Assembly (NCBI GenBank): GCA_002633005.1
Contig: NMRA01000009.1
Location: forward strand, 1,506,697 to 1,570,696
Reading direction: 5' to 3'
From: Phoronis australis
Taxonomy: Eukaryota; Animalia; Phoronida
Length of the DNA: 64,000 nucleotides
Shown: piece by piece, positions 24,901 through 37,417 of the stretch
Position numbering within the stretch: the stretch's first letter is position 1
How the letters are laid out: every line of letters begins with the position of its first letter
Notes under the pieces: model-generated
The model's input: the letters and a program-made list of their open reading frames with translations, nothing else
Told to the model about the DNA's origin: nothing
Databases searched by the model: none
Position numbers and translations under genes: made by a program

Positions 24901-27900
24901 TCGACAGTCTGTACGTGGTATTGATCAGCTTTGGTCTTGATTGTGCTGAATGCGTCTCACAAAAACACTACTTGACGAAAGTAGAATGTTGTGTGACAAA
25001 CTGCTATTAACTGTTGAAGTGATTCTATCTAGGTAACACAGAACTTGGGTTCTAGAGTGTTTAGTTGTCTCTGTTCTAGTTACATGAAAGTGCTGTTACT
25101 TAGAAACATAGAATATGAATTGTCGTCTGTGTTAGCCAAGCTTATAAGCTTCGAATGGTGTAGGCATGCTTTGATTTCTCAACAAAATAGTTGGCATGCA
25201 TCATGTATCTACACAATTTTTAAATGAAACGTAGAACGAGGCGACTGAATAATTGTGGGAATTTATTAAAACACCTGGAAAACATATGAGGTTGCAAGCA
25301 GTGTTTTTCTAGAAATTAATGTTATCTCAAACCTTATTTAGTGGCCTCCATTCTAACCTCGTATATCAACTAGTAAAAGTATATATTTTCTGAACTAATA
25401 AGATCAGGGATTATAAAAAATAACGACTCTGTCGATTTTAATGTAACTTTTTTAAATGAAAACTTAACCAGTTACTTCAAAAACGCTGTTAAGAAATTTT
25501 CGATTGGTCTCTGAGTTTGATTTCATGGCAAATCAACTTGCAAAGGGTATTTTTGTTAAAAATAGCTGTCATATTCATTTTCGTTACATTATGCAAAAAC
25601 TACTCCTTTATATCAAAATTTCTGTGTTTTTTTAAATTGATGAATAAATATTAAGTTTGGAAAGTTTCAGCAAAATCCACTGAGCAGTTTTCAAGAACTT
25701 GTGTTCCTAAGTTCAAATTAAGTTGATTTACCGAAGCCGATAAAAAGCCGATTAAGTTGGGACCCACAGAAATCTCAAGGTCTTTGGTTAATTATTTGGT
25801 GAAAACTTGTTTTCAGTCAATATAACTTATACGTGCCGTAACCATGTTTTCTGTTTCAACATTCATTGGCAATGTCAACTTCAATTTGCAGTGTGCAATT
25901 AAGTTAATAATCACTTAATGGTGAATTTTGTTATTGTCTCCTGTCCCATAGGCAGTATCAACTGTTGACCTACTTAAAACTAAGTTAACAGTTGAAAAGT
26001 AGGTCAACAGTTCATTGTTACACACCACCTGCCGGGAGACTAATATGGCAGGAGTATGAAATACAGGGTCAAATTTGGCGAGTACCAGCTTGCATTTTGC
26101 GAGCTGAAATTGCTGTTTGCTGTTGGCGACCTGAGCTCAAGGCTAATGCTCGCCAAATGCAACTTCAGTTTTTCGTTGCTCAACTTGCTAAATGTGACTT
26201 CAGTTCACGAAAATGCCATTCCCACATTTGCAAAACGGGTCAACAAACACTCAGTAGCAGAACAGCAAAAAAAACAACCCGTGCAAAGCGCTCAGTGCCG
26301 GTCAACTTTTGTTGCCATGCCATCTGTTGATCTTGTTAATCCACAATCGCTCGAAAACCAACAAATGCTTTGCTATGTTAAAGTTTCAATAGCTATCATG
26401 TGACAAAATTATGAGAAACTTGCAAGCATTGGCAACTATGTTGAAAAGCAAATTCTGGTTATTATTTTTGCCCCGAATATGCAAGATTTTTATAATAGGT
26501 CCTGTACTAGCCTTCACCATGGTGTGTATCATTTCGAGAAATGTCATGAAACTCTTCAATGCAGCAAATCATATGCACATACACAGCCAGGCCTGTGCTG
26601 CTCACATGAATGCCTTCACAATATTTTGCTCCGGTATAGTAGAATGTGCACATCTTTAGTCAAGAGTAGGAGTGTTCGGATATTTTTAACCACTGGAATC
26701 GGGAAGGGCCAGTGAATCTGACTTACTGCTTCTTTCACAGGTAAGTGGGTTGCATATGGTTTGGGAGGTAAAATTCTGGCGAGACAGGCATTCACAACGA
26801 AACGGACACTTAGAAATTGCAATTCTATAAATTGGGGTTCAATGTTAAGCAGAGCACGAGCATTTAAAAGGGAAAACGGGAAACTTTGGGGGTTGATCGT
26901 GAAGCTGAGCATGGGTGTTATGGCAGACGAGGCTGAGCATGGTACTACCGTAGCTTTTGATTAATGAGACTTAAGTCGCATGGTTTAAACTGCCGAAAAC
27001 ATAAAGAAACTGATGTTTTGAACTGTGAGTAGAAAGGAATATGCGGCATCAAGGTTTTATCAGCTGACTCTTCAGTCAGGAAGATGATTAGCTCTAGCAA
27101 ATCTGCACTCTATGTCGGTGAAGGTGTGGATGAATTTCAAGCTCTTCAGTTGCTAGCCCATGATGTGTGACACATAGCACCTGCTGGGAGACATCACCAG
27201 GTTATCATACCATTTACCTGAACTCAACCTCAGTCTGTGGTTTGAGATTTATAAGATAGGAGTAACCATAACCATCAAAGACACTAGAAAAGCAATTAAT
27301 TCTTGAAAAAGGTATAATGCTGATATCAATGTCAGTAGTGAACATTAAGACCAGGGTTTTTGCTGATAATGTGTTGTCAGTGTTGTGTCTAGTGTCTTGT
27401 AAACTAAAATCTGGTTGCCACAGCGGCGACTTTTCATATGATATGAATACAATATTCCAAGAATGACGTTTTAACATTTAAATCACATTTTGTATTAAAC
27501 CATTAAATATACAATAATTATCCTGCTGAATAAAAATGTTGATATATGGTTTTCTGAATAAAAATTTGAAATTGATATAAATTCCTGGATTTCATATCAT
27601 CAGTGAGTATAGGGCAAAATTTCTCCTTTTTCTTCAAAAGCCTCTAACACTGTCCTGAATGTCCACCGTCTTTAGCTGTGGTACAGAGCCTGACATGGTT
27701 TTGGTTATAGATTTTGGAAAATATGAAAATAAAATTCCGTCAGTTTCCAAACTGCAAATTAGAATTTACTGCAAATTGCTGGACGATCGGAAGATTGGAA
27801 CACGTCATTTTGGAAGACTACATAAATTGCATTCCTTAGAGCAGTCTATGATATGCAAAACAAGTGATTATGATTGACAGCTCACAGGGAATATACATTT

Positions 27901-29327
27901 TCCTTAAAACGTTTTTAACTTACAAATCTAATAAAATATGATCAAATACTGTTTGTGGATGTATTTAGGTCTGTACGGCTGAATCTGAAATAATATGCCT
28001 TTTCAAAGATTTTTTTTTACTTTTAGTTATTTTTCATATAGGAACATGCGGCCATGCTTCACTTTTGTCTTCCATTTTTTAAATGAATAAGTCAAGTTTC
28101 ACTGACATAATAAATTAGAAAACTACTCAACAGTTTTACTCCCCTCATATGGACGCTTGCACATAATTTGGTGTACTGTCATAAGTTTCACATTTAAGCA
28201 CATTTGCCTGTACAGGGTTGGACCGTTTTTAGTACCTGATACAGTTGGACCATTTTTGGTATGTGACATGTTTATATGTGAATCTGGGTTAGTTTTTTTC
28301 CAGATTTATAGCTAATGACTTTGTTCTATTTAAATATGCTGGCCACATATTGCAACTTTTTATGTTCTTAATGTTCATTTTGGTCATCAACTCCAGCTTC
28401 ATTGCATTTTACTGAGCTTGTAGTCTACAACTTGCAGTGAACTTTTGACTGAACCTACTACAGCACTGCAAGCTAATTTAACAGTGATGTATATATTCAT
28501 AACCACAATGCTCATAAGAGCGGAAATCTGAAATGTGGGGTTAACTTAATTTCTCTGTAATTATCATACCTAATCCACAATGAACGAAATCGCTCACGGC
28601 TTGGTGTTTTTTGACTTGGGGTTTCAAAACACTGACAGTGCTACTACTAAGCTGAACTTGTCACATTATTGTAAGAAAAAGACTACTAGTGGGTGGATGT
28701 TCTCGCAGAAGGACCATTTTTCATCAAATTTTTTTGTATAATTGTGTTGTTTTCTGGCAACACTTGCAAATAGGCTAGATCTCATCAATATTTTGCGGTT
28801 TGCAAGCCACAGTACATTTGGCCAGATTGTTCCTGTACCAACATTCTTGTAGAGATTCTAATCAACTTACTATTGATACCGATTGTGAGATAGGCCTCTC
28901 AATTGTGAGGTAGGCCTCTCGTGGGTGTTATTAAAGCAATGAGTTGTCTAAAAATTAGATTCTGGCTATTGTAACCCTGAGTCATCACTTCTCAGTGCCT
29001 CACAACAAGCAAATGAAGGTTCTTGGTGATCAGCTACTTCTTGATTATAATCTAAGTTGTAAGCTCAGTCCTTTATGGTGGTGGCAAATGAAATCAATAA
29101 TTAATTGTGGATTCATAATTAGTTTCTCTGTTGAGGCGTATAATGCAAACAGAAATATATATGTTTTGTTTATGTTCCATGAATAGTAGACAGTTTACAT
29201 CAAGTAAGAAACTGTTTCCAAATTACAGTAATCCCAAAATTTCCCAAAGTAAGGAAGGTGTTGGACATGACACATTTTTCTCTCATTCAAGACTGGTGTA
29301 GTGTTTGATTATTCAGCTGTTGCCTAG

Positions 29328-29805
29328 CTGGCCTGTATCCAGGATTTCAAAAATAGGGTGTCCAAAATGGGGTTCCCAATATTCCAAGGCGTCCATGATT
29401 TCGATGCATAATCGCCACCCCCAGCAATACCCCCAGACACATACATTTTTTACAAAAAATGCATAGACCAAGGTTTTTACATTTAAGTTTACAAAACAGC
29501 CTTCTGTAGTGAGCATTTTTACTAAAAAAAACTGGAGACCAAGACTTTACAATGCTATCAACCAAGTATGAGCATAGCAACATTGTATATACTTTGTATA
29601 TACATTGTATATTTCTTCCTGCTTTGAAAAAACAGCCCCCAGTGTGAGCCTTCAGAGGCTTCCTAGTATTCATTACAATGTGTGAGTCCAAACTTGAAAG
29701 GTTCCTATTGACAGTGGGCTTCCAAATGATACAATGGGCGTCCTTGCCAGGGTGTCCAGATTAGTGCTAGGGCGTCCATTTGGACGTAGGCTGCATAAAG
29801 GCCTG
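29328..29805. mobile_element. hAT-type MITE
   Basis: Ends ctggcctgtatccag / ctgcataaaggcctg (imperfect TIR), 8-bp TSD ttgcctag (29320-29327) and ctgcctag (29806-29813), and internal gg[c/t]gtcc motifs. Confidence 0.7.
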
Positions 29806-31603
29806 CTGCCTAGTTGAGTATGTAAATCAGCACATAGTGGATGTTGATGTATAGGCAACTTGAAGCTTGTTTATCCATTGGTTTAAAACTTATTTGTGTT
29901 GATCAGGTGACTACAGGCATGTATGTGTATTGATTTTAAAAATGTCTTTTCGAAGACATATGGAAGATCCTGTTGTTCCCATCTCATTGTGATCCACAGC
30001 TTGAATGATCCAATTTTACACACTGCTTTAAAAATCCCACATTTCAATTCTCATTATTCTGGAGGCTCTTCCAAAGGAGGGGTTGATGGGGGACATGCTG
30101 CCAACTCGAATGGGTGCATAAGTTCAGGTAACGCATCAGGTAGGTAATTAAAAATGGCTGGTGACGAGCATTAAAGGCATCTCCCACCATTGGTATTGTC
30201 CCAAATAGTTTTTTGACTTCACTTGAGTTTTATCTGGATTTTAAATCTCCTGGTCTTATATTGCATGTAAAGTCATATCATCCTCTTTCGTTCCAATCAG
30301 CGCTATTAATTATTTGGAATTGAACACAGTCACTTTGGTAAGGCACGCTACATAATGTTGCATGTGCTTGTTTAGGCCGATGCGGTTATATTGAAACTGC
30401 ACCTATCCAGAATTGGTTTGCACCTGGACAGGAACCATTTGAGTAAAACCGTGTCTCAAATTGATATACAATAGGTAGGTGCACCCCATCTCTTTAAAAT
30501 TTATGCTCACTTATTTGGGTGTGAGAACAACCTTGGGAATTAGTATAGACTCTCATAGTAGAGACTTCTAAGTACCCCAATGTGAATGTTGCTTGTGCTT
30601 TGAGTTACCCAACTTTTGTAAACAGACGCTTATTCAAAGGAGGGTTAGGTGAAATAACCCTGTGTTCATCCCTGTATTTACGGGGTATGCGTGGAACATG
30701 CTTTGACACCAACAGTCATGATGGTGAGGAGCTGGTGGTGAAAATGACCCTTTCACAGACAGCACATCTGTCTGGCTAAAATAGTAACATTTTCAAATTT
30801 TCACCTATCATGTGAACATAGAATAACTTATCGTGTGGACATAGTGTAACTCATCATGAGGACATAAAATAATCATCACTTATTACTAGAATGTCAACTC
30901 CAACTTCAGTTCATTTGGTATTGCAATTTGATTGTTTTTATTGAGCAAGTTGAATATTGCTATTGTCATATTAATCAAAAATTTCTTTCCTTCAAAACTT
31001 ATATGCTGTTCTGTTGGCTGTCATTTTCAGGCTACAAGCTGTTTATTGCATGTTTACATGAAACTTCCCTAATTGAGCCTTGAGAATGCTATCTGAGTGA
31101 TATTATAGGAAATGTGCTGTCAAACAAAGTCACTTAAAAAAATGTTCCATGCAGACTAGATTATGGGTTGATGTCTGGTGAGGACATGGACCTGTACAAA
31201 GGAACACTCACCAGTGTCTGTAAGAAAAAACTTGGGTGCATTAGCTTATATGCAAAACTCTCGAGTTAAATATTCATTTTGGTTGTAGTCTTGTGTACCT
31301 AAATACATATTCTAGACCACAATGAATTAAAAGGGCAGTTAACACATGATCTTACTGGCATGTACATTGCATGTTGACATAGTGACAAATGTCACTGGCT
31401 AGTCTGGCTCAAATCTCTAATGACAAGTCTGCTGATTTAAAACAGCATCCTCTGATGCATAAATATCCTTATGTCATATGGGCTAGTGCTTGTCAAGAGT
31501 TGCAGTCTTACAGCTGTTGTTGATCTCTTTATAATTGTTCATTTCAGAGTCTGCTTGTGACTGGGGTGCTTGGTGTAGGTGACGACATCTGTTGAGTTGC
31601 ACC

Positions 31604-31981
31604 ATGGGTAAACAGAACAGTAAGCTGAAGCCGGAGGTGCTGGAAGATTTGCGACAGAACACAGAATTCAGCGAGGTGGAAATACAGGAGTGGTACAAAG
31701 GCTTCCTTAAGGACTGTCCGAGTGGACACCTCTCTGTGGAAGAATTCAAGAAAATCTATGGCAATTTTTTCCCCTATGGTGATGCATCAAAATTTGCCGA
31801 GCACGTGTTCCGGACATTTGACACCAACGGGGATGGAACAATCGACTTCAGGGAGTTCATCTGTGCTTTGAGCGTAACATCAAGAGGCAAGCTTGAGCAG
31901 AAATTGCGATGGGCGTTTAGCATGTATGATTTGGATGGTAATGGTTATATTTCAAGGCAGGAGATGTTGGAAATAGTAACA
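31604..31981 (+). CDS. Nca: Neurocalcin homolog (neuronal calcium sensor, hippocalcin/neurocalcin subfamily), coding exon 1, codons 1-126
   Basis: accATGG Kozak context, MGKQNSKL myristoylation motif, disabled EF1 (KDCPSG), EF2 [14 protein letters not shown]3 [12 protein letters not shown]. Donor ACA|gtaagt at 31982. Upstream acceptor tttcag| puts the exon start at 31548. Confidence 0.97.
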
Positions 31982-33539
31982 GTAAGTGGTGGTATTGGCA
32001 AGATAGCACGTGGAAGTGCAGTCATTTGAAAATTGTTGTTTGTGATTTTTATGAAAATTTGTCTTTGTCTGTCAACACGATGGGCAAAACCCATGAAAAA
32101 GAGCACTACAGGATTTGAAAATGAATCGGAAAATTTTTGTTTTAAATTTCATTAATTTTCAATGGCAAGAAATATTGTCAATTTTTTTTGAAAATTGCTG
32201 GAGCTACACGTGTTTGACTAGTTCACACGAATTCCCTTGATCTAGTATACTTCTCTATATTACAGTTTAAGGTTCTGGGAATATGTGTTAAGCAGAGCAT
32301 GAGCTCCTAAAAGATTTTCTTAAAAGTCAGACCGGTATTTACCCGCAGAGTCATTTAGGGTGAATGTTGGTAGTGCCATAGGGTGCAAAGGGGCCCTGTG
32401 TCCTGTGCTACTCCTCCAAGAAAGGACCCCCATCTAAAAGGGGGTCCTTTAATATGAAAGGCATGCTGCCCAAATACTCTAATGTGAAAGGCTATCTCAA
32501 TAAAATATTGTTTCCATTATCGGGCCTCCATCTTTCCATCCTTGGGTCACCTTCTGTAAAATAAAAGGTTGTACATTTCACAAAGGCAGAAAAAGGGAGG
32601 CAAGTGATTGGCCCCCTAAAGGGATAAGTGAAACAGTAAAAGGGAAACAATGGATGTCATCTGCTCGCCCCAGTTTCAATAAAATAATAGAAAAAGGAAC
32701 GACTATTATTATTCCTTGCCAGAGAGCGGTTCCTGGAAAAATATGTCTTTGCATTCCCCAAAAAATTATCTTCTTGAATTTAAAAATCTGGATCAATTCA
32801 CTCTAGAAAAATCTATGCATAATTTTCTCAAAGTAAGTAACTATGCAAAATTTTTAAAGCTTTGGTCCCCTTCACAAAATGTGTCTTGGCCAGGGTTCCC
32901 AAAGAATAAATTCAGCACTGCTAGATGGCAAATATTCTCTAAATTTTTCTTTCCTACACATGTTGTTGTTTTGTCCTTTTTTTACTTGTCCCGCCCCACG
33001 CAGGTCGTTATGAAGGTTCCCCATCACGCCTGTTTATTGGGGGGCACGTACCCTCCCACCACCCTCATGTCCTACTTCCCTCGCCCTCCACTTTTCGACT
33101 GCTAAAATGTCCATGAACATCATTTTTTATGCTTTCACGTGTAACTACTTGGCATCATCGCTAAATTTGTAGTCAGTTATCGTAGTCCTGCATTTTGAGA
33201 ACCAGTTTCCTCCACTGGTTCTCAAAATCCCGGACGCATTTAGGGGACTGTTGCTACTAAACCTCGTTCTGAGTAACATTTCAAATCAAAATTGCTCTCA
33301 GACTTACAAAAATCTTTTGTTTCCCGGGCCCCACTTTTGCTACTCTGTGACGGGTTGGTAAATACTTTTTCTGCTTTTCATTTTCATTTTGTGCTCATTT
33401 TTGCTCTTACAAATAGAAAAGAATCTATTTTGTCATATTTCAGGAATCAATAAAAAATGTATTGAACTGTGAACATATTTGACAGCTGGTTCTGCAGGGA
33501 AAAAACTTAATTTCAGTTTATTTCGGACCAGTTTTATGA

Positions 33540-34700
33540 TTTTTATGCGCCCACATATTTATATGTGGACGCATTATGCCGTCAGCTCCGTCCGTCCGTC
33601 CGGGCGGCGTCCGTCCGGCGTCTGGCGTCCGCTGCTTTATCTCCAAAACCCTTTTACATACGTTCATGAAATTTGGCACATATGTTCCATTCATGAATGG
33701 GACGGCATGTGCGAACTTTCGGACGGATCCGACTACCGGTGTGCCCCCTAGTGGCAATTTTGTTTTTTACGCTTACCTTTGTATCTTCAAAAGTCCTGAA
33801 CGGATTTTCATGAAATTTGGTATGTAGGTACCTATTAGTGAGATGACGCCATCCGCCTGTTTTCAGATGGATTCGACATAGTTTGCGCCACATAGTGGCC
33901 ATTTTTAGTGTTTTCGAGTCTGTTTTTGTGCGTCCTCCCCTCTATCAACCAAACTGCTCAAAGGATGATTGTGAAAATTGGCATGTATATGCTTACTATG
34001 TAGAGGACGGTTGACGATGATTTTCCGACAATTTCGACTACTGTGGCGCTTCCTAGTGACAGTTTTTTTGTTTTTTTTTGCGCCTATGGCTGTATCTCCT
34101 AAACCGTTTGCAGGATCTTTACGAAATTGTGTAAGTATATTTATATGATGTTAACAACAGAAGATGACGACTTTTGGATGGATCCGACTACCGGTGTGCC
34201 CCCTAGTGGCAATTTTAATTTTTTTACGCTTACCTTTGTGTCTTCAAAAGTCCTGAACGGATTTTCATGAAATTTGGTATGTGGACACTTATTAGTGAGA
34301 TGACGTTATCCTCCCGTTTTTGGATGGATTCGACCTAGTTTGCGACACCCAATGGCCATTTTTACTGTTTTTGAGTCTGTTTTTTGGCATCCACCCCTCT
34401 ATCAACCAAACTGCTATAAGTATGATTGTGAAAATTGGCAGGTATGTTCTTACTATGAAGAGGATGGTTGACGCTGAATTTCCCATGACTTTGATTACTG
34501 TGGCGCCTCCTAGTGGCAGTTTTTTTTGCACCCATGGCTGTATCTCCCAAACCGTTTGCAGGATCTTTACTAAATTTAGCAAGTCTCTTTATGTGATGTT
34601 AACAATGGACGATGACGACTTTAGGATGATTCTGACTACCGGTATGCCTCTAGTGGCAATTTTAGTATTTTACATTGACCTCTGTATTTTCATAGGTCTT
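33540..34700 (+). mobile_element. Helentron-associated (HINE/DINE-1-like) element in the neurocalcin intron, best-preserved copy
   Basis: T-run start, 5' inverted repeat atgcgcccacatat-tt-atatgtggacgcat, (GTCC)n-like microsatellite at ~33588-33630, then a tandem array with ~450-bp period (33725, 34180, ~34627) made of three ~150-bp subunits. Confidence 0.85.
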
Positions 34701-34952
34701 CAGGTGTATACTTTGTGTTACTTCGTGACTATGAAGGAAAAGTTCCAAGTGGAAATTTGTTTCTGGCATTCTAATGCTGTGCTAATCTCGTTGGTAAATT
34801 TGTTTTTAATTCTATGTTTCTGTGGTGCTTTAAGCAACTGATGTATAGGATGTGCTTGTATCATGAAGATCACTCACATTTTGCCCCTAGCCTATATTGA
34901 GGAGACAATGACCTTGCCTTTCCATTTTGCAAAGTACAACATACTACATATA

Positions 34953-34969
34953 TGCCCTCTACTGGCCAC
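34953..34969 (-). promoter_or_regulatory. CTCF-consensus motif (predicted)
   Basis: Reverse complement GTGGCCAGTAGAGGGCA fits CCASYAGRKGGCR. Motif match only. Confidence 0.35.
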
Positions 34970-37404
34970 TTGATGGTACCAATAAACAACCCTAGAAGGA
35001 TACCGTATACGGTGCAATTGTGGGCGCATTTCAACGCTCTGCGTTGCTCTTGTAGTTAATGCGTGCATATATGCAGAATAAAAAGGTTCTAAACTCAAAT
35101 AACGATAGTCTGACAGATTTCTTTGCATCACAAAGTAATGTTTCTAAATACTCAAAATTTCACAGCAATTGATTCACATAGTGTCAGTCAGTGACTATTG
35201 GATGTTACTAACACACAATTGTTTTTGAGTTGTTTTTGATCAAAAGTTGTGTTCACAAGTGTTTAAGTATTCAGTTTTGAACTGTTGAGAATATATCAGG
35301 CCAAAAACACAAAGTTGGTTCTGGTCTTTTTGTCTACTCATTTTAAGACCAGTAGTCACCAACTAAATAAAAAACACGCTGGCCTGCACCAAGGCAAAAA
35401 GGCACATAAGCAAGGCTATGTAAGCCAGACTTGAAACACCATGAATTGCTGAAGCACATCATTTTTGCTACTCTCTGGTGACTTTCTTTTTTTCAAAAAG
35501 TGAGCAACCACCCACACTCGGTTTTCAAAAAAAAACCCGACCAGTCCAACTTCTTTTTGGCTTAAAGTTGCATTGGCTCCACTGAATTAAGATATGCCAA
35601 CATTTCATTGAAGGCCATTCATGTGTGAAGGCAGGATTAGGTCTAATTTTAGGTGCTCTTCAATCCATCAATCAGAGCTTCCTAAAGAATCATTTCTCAG
35701 CAAGATCACTGTTACCAATGTGTATTTCTATCACAATTGTCTTTTTCAAGAGTCTAATTGATGAATTGCTGTTATATGGCAAGTCCATTAGCTGCAATTG
35801 TGGTGGCTAACTGTGTCTGTGTTGGCTAACTGTTATTAAGTGGTGAATCTGAGGACATTGTGAAATATTGACCTTGCTTGATTAGCTCAGTGCTGTCACC
35901 ATTCTGATCAATACTTTGCCTCATCCAGACATATTATTCACGGTTGCATGCTATTTGTCATCCTTTTCAAAGCAGTTGCCGATTATACAAACTAAGCAGT
36001 TTAAAAGATTTTTATTTATTAACCATTTTGTGCCAAACTGAGTTGTAGGTCTTGTATATCATTTCCCTTTCTAATGTCAATACACGTTTTCATGGAATTC
36101 TTGAACATGTGAAATCTAAAAAATTGCTGAAAGAGGCTATTGTATTCACCCAATCTCCTGGGGTTCTCTTTCAAATAAGGAGTACCATATGTTCAATCAA
36201 TATGGAGATCACCTACCTACTTAATTACCGTAATTTCTGGACACAATATCCCAAAGCCAAATTGCTCATTGTGGCAATGATGCAAATCCGCTAATTACCC
36301 ACCTGAGGTGACACCCCTAAGGAAGAAATTCTCACCTGAGGTAGCGGGACATCCCTACACCACGGGCTTGCAACAGTGAACTACAACAGTGGCAAGGTTG
36401 AACTATGAGTTTTCTTGCCCTTTCACTGGTTTTTAGTTTTTGGCTTGGTTTTATACACTGCATTTCTGCCAGACAATACCACTTTTACAAAGGGCTGGAT
36501 GCTTGGTTCCAAATGTGGAACCTGGGTTACTTGCATTAAGAAATTAATGGTTTAAAAATTTTCTGCTATTTTGTATTTAATTTTTAGTTGTTTTTTGATG
36601 TTTTATGATGAACAAACATCCGAGCATCTTTTTGTTTGGACAAATACTTTCTAATTGCAAATCTTCATCATTGCTTACCAAAGTGTCTGTTTTTGATTCG
36701 GATGTTCATAAAATTCAGGATAGCTGTAGCTGTCCAATCATAAACAGTAATTTTGTAACTATCCACTTACAATACTACTATTATAACACTGTTTTGCACA
36801 GCACTCTCGCTCTGTGTGGAAAACCTGCTGAAAAAACACTTGAAGGAGTTTGACCTTTTATTATGAAGACTCGGAGTAAACTACCAATGTTTGAGTAGTA
36901 ACTGGAGATGCAACATTAGTTCAATTTTAACCTTAATTTCCTGCATTGTATGTATACAATCCCCATTGTGCATTTTTCAGTGACTCGTTTGCATAAATTC
37001 AAGAAAGGTCAAAGAATTAACGCTTTTTCTATCTGTTGAACTTGACAAAATTTGAGCCGGATAAGTACACTACTAAACGAGAAAATCTATATGTAAAATG
37101 GTTCGTGAAGCCTGCAGTCTCCATTTTGTGGCCATATAATAATCATGCTGATGTGCTTAAAATTCAATAAGATTTAATGGGTGAAGCAATAATGCGTGAA
37201 CTTTGATTTATGTTGTTTTTTCCATGCATGACATTTCTCAAACAGAAGTTGCTTTGTTGAATGTAAATCTGTGCTTGGGGACCATGTATATGTCAATATT
37301 TTTGGTTAGATAGTGAAGCTGTTATGAAGCCACACCATAAATAATTCAGTGGTTGATCTTGAATAGCTGATTTTCGAAATAGCGCGCCATTGAACTTCTC
37401 TATT

Positions 37405-37417
37405 CCACCAGATGGCG
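37405..37417 (+). promoter_or_regulatory. CTCF-consensus motif (predicted)
   Basis: CCACCAGATGGCG in apparently unique intronic DNA. Motif match only. Confidence 0.35.

Noticed and set aside
31592-32029. ORF-track version of neurocalcin (145 aa, starting at TTG)
   Set aside because: The real start is ATG 31604 (needed for Gly2 myristoylation), and the tail after VT reads into the intron.
33725-34700. Regularly spaced motifs suggesting a CRISPR array
   Set aside because: The context is eukaryotic, the intervening sequences are themselves repeated monomers rather than unique spacers, and there are no cas genes.
34320-34841. 173-aa ORF and overlapping ORFs at 33.5-34.6 kb, 8.7-9.3 kb and 53.5 kb
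   Set aside because: These are chance frames in the HINE tandem array and are not kept open between copies.
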